Below, piece after piece: positions 37,465 to 48,917 of a DNA stretch of 64,000 nt; the stretch's first letter is position 1, and each line of letters opens with the position of its first letter. This DNA is from Polyangiales bacterium. GTDB lineage: Bacteria > Myxococcota_A > Polyangia > Polyangiales > Polyangiaceae. The notes beneath the pieces were generated by a model, which saw only the letters and a program-made list of their open reading frames with translations, did not search any database and had not been told where the DNA came from. The stretch spans positions 1 through 64,000 of the forward strand of contig JBBRNJ010000030.1 in assembly GCA_038230375.1 (NCBI GenBank), given 5' to 3'. The position numbers and the translations under genes were made by a program.

Positions 37465-39626
37465 TGACCATGCGAAAGCTTCGGCGGCTCGCCATCGCGT
37501 TCGGCGCCGCGGCGGCGCTGTCCATCGCCTGTGGTTCCACGAAGAACCAGGGCTCGCTCGTGCTGGCGCTAGAGACGGACGTGGCGGTGCCCGAGAACGT
37601 GGATGGCATCGGCATCGCCGTCAGCGTCAACAACCAGATCAAGTACTCACAGCTCTTCTCGATCGACATCACCCGCGAGCAGCAACACAAGCAACGCGTC
37701 GTGAAGCTTCCGGCGACGATCGCCGTGCTCGAGTCCGAAACAGGGGCGCCGGCAGTCCAGGTGCGCGCCGTCGCGTTCTGGAAGGGCCAGGCGCGCATCG
37801 TGCGCGACATCATCTCGACGGTACCCCACGGGCGCACGGCGCTCCTGCGCGTGCCGCTCGCGTACCTTGGATACAAGGACGGCGTGACGGGCTCGATCGA
37901 TACGATCTTTCCGTCACTGCCGGACCAGGCTGCGACGGCACACGCAGGCGTGATTCACCTGTCGGATACGACCCCGGGTACCGGCGCTGCGACGGACATC
38001 GTGGAGAAGATCTCCTCGCGATGCGCGCTGATGAACATGACCAACGTCGACGGCGCGTGCGTGGACCCGACGATCGACAGCGCCACGCTCCCCGACTACG
38101 TGGAGAAGGACCTGTTCGAGAACGGAATCACCTCTGAAGGCTTCTCGAACCCGGAGCCTTGCTTCGACGTGGGCACATGCTTCGCGCCGAGCGCAACGAG
38201 CATGCAGGACCTGGATCGCAGCAATGGCGAGTGCAAGGTGAAGCTCGTCGGGAGCGCTGCGGACCTGAACGTGGCAATGTTGCTCGACACGGCGAGCGCG
38301 ACAGCGAACGTCGGCTTCCGCGTGGAAAACCTGGGCAACGTCATTCCCATGTCCCGCGATGACGTGCACGGCTTCCGACCTGACGAGGCCGCCGGCGTGG
38401 TTCATCTACCGAAGGGAGTCTGTGATCGTGCGACCGTGATCAAGATGGTCCTCGCGCATCGCTCTGAGTGTGCGCAGAAGACGGTGCTCCTGCCGATCGA
38501 TGGCGCCGGCGCGAACTGCCTGACGGTGAACGGAGATGCCGGGACCGATGCGGGCGATGGCGCAGACAACGCAGACGCAAACGACGTCCCGCCGCCGTGG
38601 TGGACTCCATTCAACGGCTCGACGAACGCTGCGGCGATCACCGTCACGTCGGACGGGAAGAAGGTGTTCGTCACCACCCGGAGCAAGGACCTCTACTACG
38701 TTGCGCTCGATGCCAAGACGGACGGGTCGAACCAGCTCGAAGGCCCGGATACCGTCAAGATGCCGGCGCTCCTTCCATCCACCCTGGCATTCGTCGCGAC
38801 CGATGACGAGTACGTCTACACCACGTTCGGCACCAGCGACGCCATCGCCTGGACCTTCGCGTTTGGTGGCCCGCCATACCTCACGTTCAGCAGCAATCTC
38901 AGCAGCGCCACGAGCGGCATCATCACGAAGGTCGACATGGTCATGAACCCCGTGACCCATTGCATGGGCACCGGCATCACGGGCACGTGCTTCCCCGCTC
39001 CCAACCGGCTCACCGACAACTTCCCGTACATGCCGTTCCCCGGCAGCATGGTCAGCGACCAGCAGAGCGACAGCACCCCGACCGTGGCCGGCGCTTACGC
39101 GATCAGTGCGCTCGGAATGGAAGCCTACGGCGCGTTCAACGCTCCGTTCAACACCGGCGGCAAACTTGCGGTTGGCAAGGTCGGACTGACGAACTTCACG
39201 ACCAACCCCGGGATGACCGCCTACGCGATCACGGCTGTCAAAGATCCCATGAGCGGCCTCGTCACCTCTGCTCTGACGATCTCGAGTGGCGGCGGCATGG
39301 TGCACCTTGCGTGGACGAACCCGTCCACGATGGCGCTCATCGAATCCACGAACGGCCCGAACATTGGTCCCAACGACCAGACCTCGTACATGCACAACCT
39401 TGCCAGAGACGCGGCCGGTTACGTGTATTTTACAGATAATGGCGGAGACCTCTGGTCGTGGAACGCGCTCCTGCCGACGGACGCGCCCACCAAGATGGAT
39501 GCCACGAAAAGAGTCGGGTCCTTCGGTGTCGCCGTCGACGACGTGAACAAGGTCGTCTACCGGGCCTTCACTGGCGACGCGACCACATCGGGCGGCGTCA
39601 CCAGGACCCCGTTTCCGCACCCGTGA
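37464..39626 (+). CDS. Large Cys-rich lipoprotein, paralog B
   Basis: TGATG overlap at 37464, lipobox SIAC; LETDVAVP.NVDGIGI, STVPHGRTALLR.PLAYLGY, PKGVCDRATV shared with paralog A. Confidence 0.88.
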   Translation: MTMRKLRRLAIAFGAAAALSIACGSTKNQGSLVLALETDVAVPENVDGIGIAVSVNNQIKYSQLFSIDITREQQHKQRVVKLPATIAVLESETGAPAVQVRAVAFWKGQARIVRDIISTVPHGRTALLRVPLAYLGYKDGVTGSIDTIFPSLPDQAATAHAGVIHLSDTTPGTGAATDIVEKISSRCALMNMTNVDGACVDPTIDSATLPDYVEKDLFENGITSEGFSNPEPCFDVGTCFAPSATSMQDLDRSNGECKVKLVGSAADLNVAMLLDTASATANVGFRVENLGNVIPMSRDDVHGFRPDEAAGVVHLPKGVCDRATVIKMVLAHRSECAQKTVLLPIDGAGANCLTVNGDAGTDAGDGADNADANDVPPPWWTPFNGSTNAAAITVTSDGKKVFVTTRSKDLYYVALDAKTDGSNQLEGPDTVKMPALLPSTLAFVATDDEYVYTTFGTSDAIAWTFAFGGPPYLTFSSNLSSATSGIITKVDMVMNPVTHCMGTGITGTCFPAPNRLTDNFPYMPFPGSMVSDQQSDSTPTVAGAYAISALGMEAYGAFNAPFNTGGKLAVGKVGLTNFTTNPGMTAYAITAVKDPMSGLVTSALTISSGGGMVHLAWTNPSTMALIESTNGPNIGPNDQTSYMHNLARDAAGYVYFTDNGGDLWSWNALLPTDAPTKMDATKRVGSFGVAVDDVNKVVYRAFTGDATTSGGVTRTPFPHP

Positions 39627-39645
39627 TACCCTTCAGGATGGCACC

Positions 39646-41174
<1,529 letters not shown>

Positions 41175-41175
<1 letters not shown>

Positions 41176-42218
41176 TGAGCCTTCATCAGATCCGATCATG
41201 CGCGTTCGTGCTGGTGGTCTTGGCGATGTCAGCGACCGCATCGATCGCGCACGCGGCGCCACCGAAGCTCGCACCCCCGCCGCCCAAGCCTGCAGGCCCG
41301 AGTTTGCCCGCGCCCACCGAGCCCACACTCGCCGACGCGCTCACGGGCGATGCGAAGGCCGACTACGAAGCGGCCAAGGTCTACTTCACCGACAAGGACT
41401 ACGGGCGCGCGTACCTGAAGTTCCAGTCCGCATACGAGAGGTCCAAGGACGCTCGATTGCTGTGGAACATGGCCGCGTGCCAGAAGGAGCAGCGCAAGTA
41501 CGCCAAGGTCGTGCCGCTGGTCGAGCAGTACATCAAGGAACGGGGCGACAAGCTGGCTCCCGCCGAACGGGACGGGGCCGACGCGCTGCTCAACGCCATC
41601 AAGCCCGGCATCACCTCCGTGAAGGTGGACGTGTCGGAGCCCGACGCGGAGATCTACCTGGATGACGAGCTCATCGGAAAGAGCCCGATGACGGTGGGAA
41701 CGCTGGTGGACCTGGGGCCGCACAAGCTCCGCGTGAAGAAGACGCTCTTCGACGACTTCGAACAGCAGATGAACGCCGGCGGCGAGGCCGTGAACGTGCT
41801 CGTGAAGCTCACACGCACCGTGCACGAGGGGCGCGTCCTGGTGAAGGCCGGCACGGACGACGCGATCTCCATCGACGGAGCCGTCGTTGGGCAGGGCGTC
41901 TACTCCGGCAAGTTCCCGAGCGGCTCCCACGTGCTCCGCGTGAGCGCGCCAGGCATGCGCCCCTATCAGGGCGACGTCGTCATCGTGGACAACGAGACAC
42001 GAGAGATCCCGGTCGCCCTCGACCGCGCCGAGACGAAGGTGATCGTGCCCACGTGGGTCTGGTACACGATCGCGGGTGCGGTGATCGTCGCCGGTGGCAT
42101 CACCGCGACTGTTGTCATCATCAACGACAACAGCGCCAACAAGACTCAGTACGGGGGACCGCATGGCTCGCTCGGAGACGTGCAGCTCTCACGCCCTCCG
42201 CTCGGCTTTCATTTCTGA
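41175..42218 (+). CDS. TPR + PEGA protein with C-terminal hydrophobic segment
   Basis: TAATG overlap with the kinase; signal peptide, TPR-like LLWNMAAC, PEGA AEIYLD...GKSP...G.HKLRV.K; WVW + hydrophobic helix; C-terminal Phe. Confidence 0.9.
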
Positions 42219-42223
42219 GTGAC

Positions 42224-43381
42224 TCACACCTTCTGCATCAGGCCGCCACAGAGCGTGAGGCCAGGACCGAACGCGAGGCTCACGATGAACGTGCCAGGCT
42301 CGCGCGCGGCGCTGTCATGCATGCGGCTCCAGATGTGCGGCAGCGTGGCAGACGACATGTTGCCGTGATCGCGCAGCACCGCGCGGCTCTCCGTGAGCTG
42401 CGCCTCTTCCAGCGAGAAGACATCGCGCACGGCGTCGATGATCTTCGGGCCGCCAGGATGGACCGCGAAGGCGGCGCGGGGGAGCTCACGGTCGGCATCG
42501 ACGCCCGCAGCGGCGAACAGATCGTGGACGAAGGCCAGGAGCGCCCCGCGAATGCGTGCGGGGACGTCGCGCGCGAGGGTCATTGTCATGCCGTGGTCGG
42601 ACTCCACCCAGCTCATGCTCTCCGCGGAGTCGTGGATGATGTGCTCGTCCAGTGCCAGAAGCGCAAGGCCGCTCGAGCCGCCGCCGCTCTCCACGGAGTA
42701 GCGACAGAGGCCGTCCGCGAAGAGGCTCTGCACGACCAGCTGCTCGAGCGAATGGACGCTGGGATCCAGATGGAGCGAGCACAGCTCCGTGTGCACGATG
42801 TCGACGCGCCGTGAGGTGGGCGCCTGCCGGGACAGGGAGCCGTGCGCGATGCGCAGCGCGGGAAACGCCGCATAACAGCCCATGTGGTACGCGTGCGTGA
42901 CATGCGTGTGCTCACCCCAGCCGCGCGCCGCCACGAGCTCCTGCGCTCCGCTCGGCGCTGCGTAGCCAGTGCAGGTGACGTGGACGATCTCTGCGGGAGC
43001 TTCCGCGACGTCTTGATACGTGTCGCGAAAGTACTGACGGACCACGTCGCGAAAGACGGCGGTCCGCGCGCCCGTACCGGCGCCGCCGGGGCTCCTGGAC
43101 ACGTCGTAGATCTTCATGGCGTCGGTGCTCTCTGCGCAGATCTCCGCGAGCACGCTGCCGCGACGCGCGATGGCCGACGGGCCGCAGCTGACGCGGGCGA
43201 TCACGGAGGCGAGACGCTCCTCGAATGCGATGCGCGCGGCCCGGTCGAGCCCCACGCGCGTGGCCTCTGACAGCGCGTGCGTGCGCGCGAGCCACGCGAG
43301 CGACCGCGCCTGCAAGATCTCGTACTCCGGCCTTCGCACCGAGAAGGAGCGGAGCATGATGGGAGGAGCGCGCATGGACAT
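42224..43381 (-). CDS. Type III polyketide synthase (chalcone synthase-like)
   Basis: HVTCTG, MGCYAA (catalytic Cys), ELCSLH, LFADG, HPGG (His), GNMSS (Asn), AFGPGLT. Confidence 0.94.
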   Translation of the reverse strand: MSMRAPPIMLRSFSVRRPEYEILQARSLAWLARTHALSEATRVGLDRAARIAFEERLASVIARVSCGPSAIARRGSVLAEICAESTDAMKIYDVSRSPGGAGTGARTAVFRDVVRQYFRDTYQDVAEAPAEIVHVTCTGYAAPSGAQELVAARGWGEHTHVTHAYHMGCYAAFPALRIAHGSLSRQAPTSRRVDIVHTELCSLHLDPSVHSLEQLVVQSLFADGLCRYSVESGGGSSGLALLALDEHIIHDSAESMSWVESDHGMTMTLARDVPARIRGALLAFVHDLFAAAGVDADRELPRAAFAVHPGGPKIIDAVRDVFSLEEAQLTESRAVLRDHGNMSSATLPHIWSRMHDSAAREPGTFIVSLAFGPGLTLCGGLMQKV

Positions 43382-43413
43382 GCTTGGATGTTCGGGAGAG
43401 CGAGAGGTTGCGG

Positions 43414-44499
43414 TCAACCGAAGGTGTAGAGGGCGACGAAGCCCTTGAGGTCGCCGACGGCGATCATGCCGGGGCCAGCCCCGAGCGCGCTCACGGTCTT
43501 CATGTCTCTGGGTAGCACGCCCTTGGCCACGCGCTTGCCCGCCAGTAGATCCCACAGCTCCAGGCTCCCTTTCGCAAACGCGTCGCGTGCAGTGTTTCCG
43601 GCGCAGGCCACGTGACGAGCATCCCCCGCGTATGCGAAGTGCATGGAGCCCTTGCCCGCGACGATCTCGCGCGGGCGCGGGGCGGCCTTGCCCGTGGTGA
43701 GCGAGCATGACGTCACGATGGCGTCCTGCGAGCCGCTCGAAGCAACCGTGAGCGCGTCGCCCATGACGAAGGCCTCTTGCACGCGGATCTTGCTCCAGGC
43801 GCCGGCGAGCGACTTGCGGGTCGCGACGTCCCACACATGCACGACCTCCATGGCGGGGGACTCGTAGAAGATGCGCGTGCCGGTGGCGTCGAAGGCGAGG
43901 CTGGTGATTCCGTTGTCGTGCTGGCGCCCGATGCGCAACGTGCCGCCCTGCAGCTTCTGGCCCTTTCCGGTACGCAGGGTGAGGACACGCGCCTCGCCCG
44001 TGAAATATGCGTGCGCAACGAGCTCCTCGTCCGGTGAGAGCGCGGCGTGAAACGGGAGCGGCACCTTGCCGAGCGGATGCTCTGCGACCTTCTTCCCGGC
44101 ATGGTCGAACAGAATTGCGGAGTACGCGGTCTTCTGCTTGCGAATGCCGAGCACACGGCTGCGACCAATGGCCGCGATGCTGATGTTGTCATCGGGCGTG
44201 CAGGTGGCGAGCGCGCCGATCTTCTTTCCACTGGCCAGGTCGCAGAGCCACACGCTCCACTGGTAGCGACCGCCTACTGTCTTGCCGCCGCTGGAGACCG
44301 CGGCGATCGTCCCGCCAGGGTCGAGCGGGCCCACGCTGCTGTCCTCTGCCAGCGTGGTGATCTCCTTCCCGCTCTTCGCGTCGGCGATGAGCGTCCCTTC
44401 TCCACCGCGCGAGATGAGCAGACGCTTTGCCCCGGCCGCGAACGTGAGACCAGAGATCCGGCCGGAGAGCGGAAGGTGCTTCGCAAGGGTGAGCTTCAC
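43414..44499 (-). CDS. WD40-like beta-propeller protein
   Basis: H.NGITSLAFD..G, VHVWDV, LELWDL repeats; start uncertain (44499 GTG or 44526 ATG). Confidence 0.8.
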   Translation of the reverse strand: MKLTLAKHLPLSGRISGLTFAAGAKRLLISRGGEGTLIADAKSGKEITTLAEDSSVGPLDPGGTIAAVSSGGKTVGGRYQWSVWLCDLASGKKIGALATCTPDDNISIAAIGRSRVLGIRKQKTAYSAILFDHAGKKVAEHPLGKVPLPFHAALSPDEELVAHAYFTGEARVLTLRTGKGQKLQGGTLRIGRQHDNGITSLAFDATGTRIFYESPAMEVVHVWDVATRKSLAGAWSKIRVQEAFVMGDALTVASSGSQDAIVTSCSLTTGKAAPRPREIVAGKGSMHFAYAGDARHVACAGNTARDAFAKGSLELWDLLAGKRVAKGVLPRDMKTVSALGAGPGMIAVGDLKGFVALYTFG

Positions 44500-44604
44500 G
44501 CGCTCATTGTTGCCCTGGGGCGCCATTCTGCGCGATGGACAAAATGCAGAACGCGCGCTTCCGTGGGGAAGCACGCGCTGCTCATGCAACCGGGGCGTTC
44601 GTGC

Positions 44605-44868
44605 TCAGCCGAGCGCGTGGACCTGCGCCGAGAGGCGAGAGATCGTTCGGGAGGCGGCCTTCGTGTGGACGACGCCCTTCTGCGCGCCGGTGTCGAGCGC
44701 GCTGATCGCACGCTGGAGTGCCACCTTCGCGGCAGCCTTGTCCTTGCCGGCAATCGCGGTGCGCACCGACTTGACGATGGTGCGGACGGTGCTGGCCACG
44801 GCGCGGTTGCGGGTGGTTCGCGTGATGCGTTGACGGTTGCGCTTCTCGGCAGACGGGTGATTGGCCAC
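44605..44868 (-). CDS. rpsT: 30S ribosomal protein S20
   Basis: MANHPSAEKRNRQ...RNR...KGVVH...ASR..SRL; GAGGA RBS. Confidence 0.97.
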   Translation of the reverse strand: MANHPSAEKRNRQRITRTTRNRAVASTVRTIVKSVRTAIAGKDKAAAKVALQRAISALDTGAQKGVVHTKAASRTISRLSAQVHALG

Positions 44869-44994
44869 GATGATTCCTCAGGAAGGTCCACCCTCAGGTC
44901 GGGGGCGGGGACGCGCACATTAGAGCGAATTCCGACGATGTCAAAGCGATTCGTCGGCACGAGAGAAACCAGGTGATCTTGCTATGCTTCGGTC

Positions 44995-45477
44995 ATGTGC
45001 CTGATGCTCTGGATGGGGACGACGCATCCCCTGCCCGCGCGAGACCGGTGCGCCCCTGGTGCGGCGCCGGACGCGGCCCTGGGTTACGCGTGTGTGGAGC
45101 ATGTGGCGGCAGAGGCGGCGGTCCGCAAGCGATTCTCGTCGCCGCATGTCGCGTATGTGGGGTCGCATGAGGGGTGCGGGTGCGGGTTCGAATCGAACGG
45201 GCTCGACTTCGACGGCGTGGACACGACCGAGCTCGCGATGGAACTGCTGCCCGCGATGAACGAGGAGGAGCAAGCGGAGTTTCTTGCCGAGCAGCGCTCG
45301 CGGGCCTGGCTCCGGGCGATGGTGGAGAGCGCCCGCGCCGATGGTCCCGTGGAGCTGTTCGCATGCTGGGCCGGCGACGAGTGCGAGCCTGCGCTGCATG
45401 AGCACGTGATCGATCCCGCAGACCTGACCAGGAGCACTGCCCCGCTGGCCGAACGCGCTCACTACGTGATCCGCTAG
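44995..45477 (+). CDS. Hypothetical protein with GSHEGCGCGF motif
   Basis: Fills the gap between rpsT and the convergent gene; MC start, HEGCGCGF, ELFACW.GDE. Confidence 0.75.
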   Translation: MCLMLWMGTTHPLPARDRCAPGAAPDAALGYACVEHVAAEAAVRKRFSSPHVAYVGSHEGCGCGFESNGLDFDGVDTTELAMELLPAMNEEEQAEFLAEQRSRAWLRAMVESARADGPVELFACWAGDECEPALHEHVIDPADLTRSTAPLAERAHYVIR

Positions 45478-46632
45478 TCAGGGCCGTCCGACCCACGCTC
45501 CCGCGACCGCGAGGCTCAGCGCGATGGGTGAGAACGCGAGCGCGAAGACCAGCGCGACCGGGGCCGCTGCGCCGAGCGCCACCATCGTGAGGACGAGCGC
45601 GACCGCTGTGGCGAGCGCCGGCTCGAGCAACGTGTGCAAGCTGGAGGCCTTGGCGATGAGGTAGCCGCTCAGCGGGAAGGCCGCCAGAAGGCCCGAGCCG
45701 AGCAACGCCACGGGGCCGGTGGTGGTGACGTCCGATTCGTCCACGCGCGAGAAGTCGACCTCGGCGTAGTGACCGAAGATCACGGCGAGCGCGATGCCGG
45801 TGAACATGGCGCCCAGCGTGACGAGTGTCCCGAAGGCGACCCAGCGCAGCGTGAGCGGCTGCCCGTCCTTGCGCATGGCCTCCTGCACGGAGCGGAGGCT
45901 GGGCGGCGCCGAGAGGTACTGCATGCTCACGCGCTCGAGCAAGCCTGACTGGCGACCCTCGCGCGAGTCCCCGCGCGACTTCAGATCGCGGTAGCCGAAG
46001 AACGTGAGCAACGCCATGGCGAGCAGCAGCGGCACCACGCCCACCATCGCGGCAGCGCCACGGCCGAGCACCAGGTGGATGTAGAGGCCGTGCGAGAAGG
46101 TGGCCGCGATCCACGCGAGCACGAAGAGCGAGCCCACGGACTTCTTCTGCTTCACGCGCCCGAGCGCATAGCCCCACACGCAGGCGAAGAACACGTTCGC
46201 CACGAGCGAGAGCACCGCGCGCAGCCCCCACACCAGGCCGAAGGGATGGTTCTGGAACATGTGTGCACTCTGCACGCATGATGCGCCCAGTGACGCCGCG
46301 GCCGCGTACACGACGCCATCCAGGGGCTCGTCGAAATGACGTGAGCGGAACGCGGGCCACATGGCCATGACCTTCGCGAGCTCGCGCACGGGCGCGACGA
46401 ACGCAAAGATGAAGAGCAGCGCGCCGGCGTTGCCCGCGACGTCAGAGCGAAGGTCCAGGCCCGTCCACGCCTGCGCGCGCTTCTGCAGGTAGATCGCGCC
46501 GTAGCCGGTGATTCCGCCCAGGACAAAGGTGGGCACCACCACGTACCAGGGCTCTCGCCGACGATCGCTCGCGTAGACGACACCGAGCAAGAGGAGGCTC
46601 GGGACGAGGGCGGGCAAGAGCCAGCTCAGCAT
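45478..46632 (-). CDS. PrsW-family intramembrane protease homolog with degenerate motifs
   Basis: D...REP, FDEPLDGVVYAAAASLG, WGYALG, HGLY family landmarks; many TMs. Confidence 0.85.
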   Translation of the reverse strand: MLSWLLPALVPSLLLLGVVYASDRRREPWYVVVPTFVLGGITGYGAIYLQKRAQAWTGLDLRSDVAGNAGALLFIFAFVAPVRELAKVMAMWPAFRSRHFDEPLDGVVYAAAASLGASCVQSAHMFQNHPFGLVWGLRAVLSLVANVFFACVWGYALGRVKQKKSVGSLFVLAWIAATFSHGLYIHLVLGRGAAAMVGVVPLLLAMALLTFFGYRDLKSRGDSREGRQSGLLERVSMQYLSAPPSLRSVQEAMRKDGQPLTLRWVAFGTLVTLGAMFTGIALAVIFGHYAEVDFSRVDESDVTTTGPVALLGSGLLAAFPLSGYLIAKASSLHTLLEPALATAVALVLTMVALGAAAPVALVFALAFSPIALSLAVAGAWVGRP

Positions 46633-46647
46633 GTGCAGGGACGGAGG

Positions 46648-47946
46648 TTAGCGCGGAAGGCCCGCGTCCCCAAGAAACCGGGGGGTGGCGGCGAGCCGCT
46701 GGATGGTCGCGTAGCGCGCAGACACGCGATCGAGGCCCAGCGACGACACGAATGAAGTGAACGCGAAGTAGGGGAGCAGCGTGGTCCACTCGCGCAGCCA
46801 TCGCGGCCGGTAGCGCGGGCGCGGCAACACGCCCAGGGCGCGAAGCTCGATCAGCGCGCCAAGGTCCTCGAGCGCGAAGCGGCCGCACACCAGCATCTCG
46901 CACTCGTCGCGGTGCCCCTCGCGTACGAACGCCTCCAGGAAGGCGATCACGTGCAGCAGCCCGGCCAGGTAGCAGGCGTCCTTCGTGAACGGCGCCCCGC
47001 CTGCGGGTGAGCCACCGCGGAAGATGCGTGCAGTATCCAGGTAAGCGTCGCCGGGCGGGACGCCTTCTTCGCGCACCAGTACGCGGTACACTTCCAGGAA
47101 GTCCGCGCCGTCCTCCGCCATGGCCACGAGCTTCACGCGCAACGCGAGGCGACGCAGGCGCGGCACCGCGAGCGCGTGATGGTAGTGCTCCGCGAAGACC
47201 GCGAGCCCCTCCTGTGTGGGGGTGGAGCGTGGCCCTCCCGCCTTGAGCAACGCGCCGTATGGACCGCGTCCGCCGTTGAGTGCCGAGTATGCGTGCGTCT
47301 CCACCTCGTGCCGGTACAGCCCCTCTGCCTCCCACGCGGTGAACGTGGCGCCGGGCCGGACGCGCACGCGACGACCACCGGCTATGGCCTTCGAGGTGCA
47401 CGCGGGATCAAGGATCACCTTGATGGGCACCTTGTGCCTGTCGATGCGGGTCTGCAGGAATTTTTGCAGCCCGCGCGCGTCCATGGCGCGGTCGCTGGTG
47501 GCCACGGTGTCGTCCCAGCCGTGTACCTCCAGACGCGCGAGGAGGTGAGTGGCAAGGTCCAGGTTGGAGCGACCCAGGCCGAAGAACTTCGAGCGCGCGC
47601 CGCCGTACACGTCCTTGGAGACGCGACCGAAGTCCTTCGTGCCGACCGCGAGCAAGAGGCGCGTCTTGTCCATCGCGGAGCCGATGACGTTCGCAAGCCA
47701 GCGCGGAATGGGTCCCTCGCCCTTCACCGTGCGCGCGAGCGCGTGCAGGAGGCGGAGCTCCTCTTCGAGTGGCGCGCGGTCTGTCTGGTACGTCACACGC
47801 GGGAGCTCTTCCGCCTTGGCCGCGAAGAATCGCGCCTCCACGTCGCGCGGCCACGCCACGTCGTCGAGCAGGCTCGACTTCGTCCGGATGCCAGAGAGCC
47901 CAATCGCTACACGATCGAGCATCGCCCTTGCGGACGAGCGCTTCAC
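46648..47946 (-). CDS. DUF1704 / QEGLA-motif metallopeptidase (MATCAP-like)
   Basis: HEVETH, TPTQEGLA.FAE, R.FRGG, FTKD.CYL.G. Confidence 0.9.
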   Translation of the reverse strand: MKRSSARAMLDRVAIGLSGIRTKSSLLDDVAWPRDVEARFFAAKAEELPRVTYQTDRAPLEEELRLLHALARTVKGEGPIPRWLANVIGSAMDKTRLLLAVGTKDFGRVSKDVYGGARSKFFGLGRSNLDLATHLLARLEVHGWDDTVATSDRAMDARGLQKFLQTRIDRHKVPIKVILDPACTSKAIAGGRRVRVRPGATFTAWEAEGLYRHEVETHAYSALNGGRGPYGALLKAGGPRSTPTQEGLAVFAEHYHHALAVPRLRRLALRVKLVAMAEDGADFLEVYRVLVREEGVPPGDAYLDTARIFRGGSPAGGAPFTKDACYLAGLLHVIAFLEAFVREGHRDECEMLVCGRFALEDLGALIELRALGVLPRPRYRPRWLREWTTLLPYFAFTSFVSSLGLDRVSARYATIQRLAATPRFLGDAGLPR

Positions 47947-48917
47947 TAGAATCCGAAGTGCAGACCGAGTCGCACTCCGCCCATGAAGCCGAAGCCGTAG
48001 CTGTCACCGGACTGCTGATAGAGCGGGCTCGCCTGGACCGCCGCCTGCTGGTCCGCAGGCACCTTGGAGATGTCGAGCTTGGGGCGATGGAGGGAGAGAA
48101 AGTCGCCGCTCACGCCCGCGCCGATCGAGAACATGGGCACCAGGTAGTAGTCGAGCCCGGCGTCGAGACCCGCGTTCCAGCCGCGCACCGTGAAGTCGCC
48201 ACTCGCAGCCTGGTTGTCAGAGCTGAGCGCCGCGTGATCGAGCGAACCCAGAAAGTCGTAGCCGCCGTGCGCCATGATCGAGATGTCGAAGAGCTTCACG
48301 GGGAACTTGAAGCCCGCCTCGGCATTGAGCTGCCACAGGCCGAACGACGAGAGCTGGTTCAGGCGTGCGCGGAGGCCGAATGCGAGCACCACGAGGCGGA
48401 TGCCGGCGCCGAGACTGAACCCAGGGCCGGCGGACTGCGTCTGCTTGAGGCCGAACGAGGTCGTGTCCGCGTTCGACGCGAAGGACGTCATGTTGACGTA
48501 CGACGCGCCGACATCCGCGTTCACGTACACGAGCTCGAAGTTGCGGCCGTCGTCGGCCTTGTCCGCCGCCTCGAGCTGCGCCTTGGTGCCCGCGGCTCCA
48601 TCGGGCGTTGTGGTTGCGTTCGGATCCATGGGCGGGGGCGGAGCGAGCCCGTTGCCTGCAGGAGGGGCACCGGTTCCCGGCATGGGCTGATTGCCCGGCA
48701 CCGGTTGTCCAGGCTGTCCGGGCTGCATCGGTTGCATGGGCTGCATCGGCTGCTGCCCCGGCGCCGGCTGTGTGGGCTGCGTACCAGGCATGGGCTGCAT
48801 CGGCTGCATGGGCTGCATGCCTTGAGCAAACGCGCTCGAGGACCACAGCACCGAGACCGAAGAGGCGCCGAGCACCGACGCGCAGAGAAAGAACGTGTAT
48901 AGTGCAGTCTTGTTCAA
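47946..48917 (-). CDS. Outer-membrane beta-barrel protein with Gln-Pro-Met repeat N-terminus
   Basis: Signal peptide (AFA-Q), QPMQPM repeats, amphipathic strands, C-terminal LGLHFGF. Confidence 0.85.
   Translation of the reverse strand: MNKTALYTFFLCASVLGASSVSVLWSSSAFAQGMQPMQPMQPMPGTQPTQPAPGQQPMQPMQPMQPGQPGQPVPGNQPMPGTGAPPAGNGLAPPPPMDPNATTTPDGAAGTKAQLEAADKADDGRNFELVYVNADVGASYVNMTSFASNADTTSFGLKQTQSAGPGFSLGAGIRLVVLAFGLRARLNQLSSFGLWQLNAEAGFKFPVKLFDISIMAHGGYDFLGSLDHAALSSDNQAASGDFTVRGWNAGLDAGLDYYLVPMFSIGAGVSGDFLSLHRPKLDISKVPADQQAAVQASPLYQQSGDSYGFGFMGGVRLGLHFGF

Noticed and set aside
43382..43834. Extension of the type III PKS to 536 aa
   Set aside because: Arg-rich off-frame overlap with the WD40-like gene
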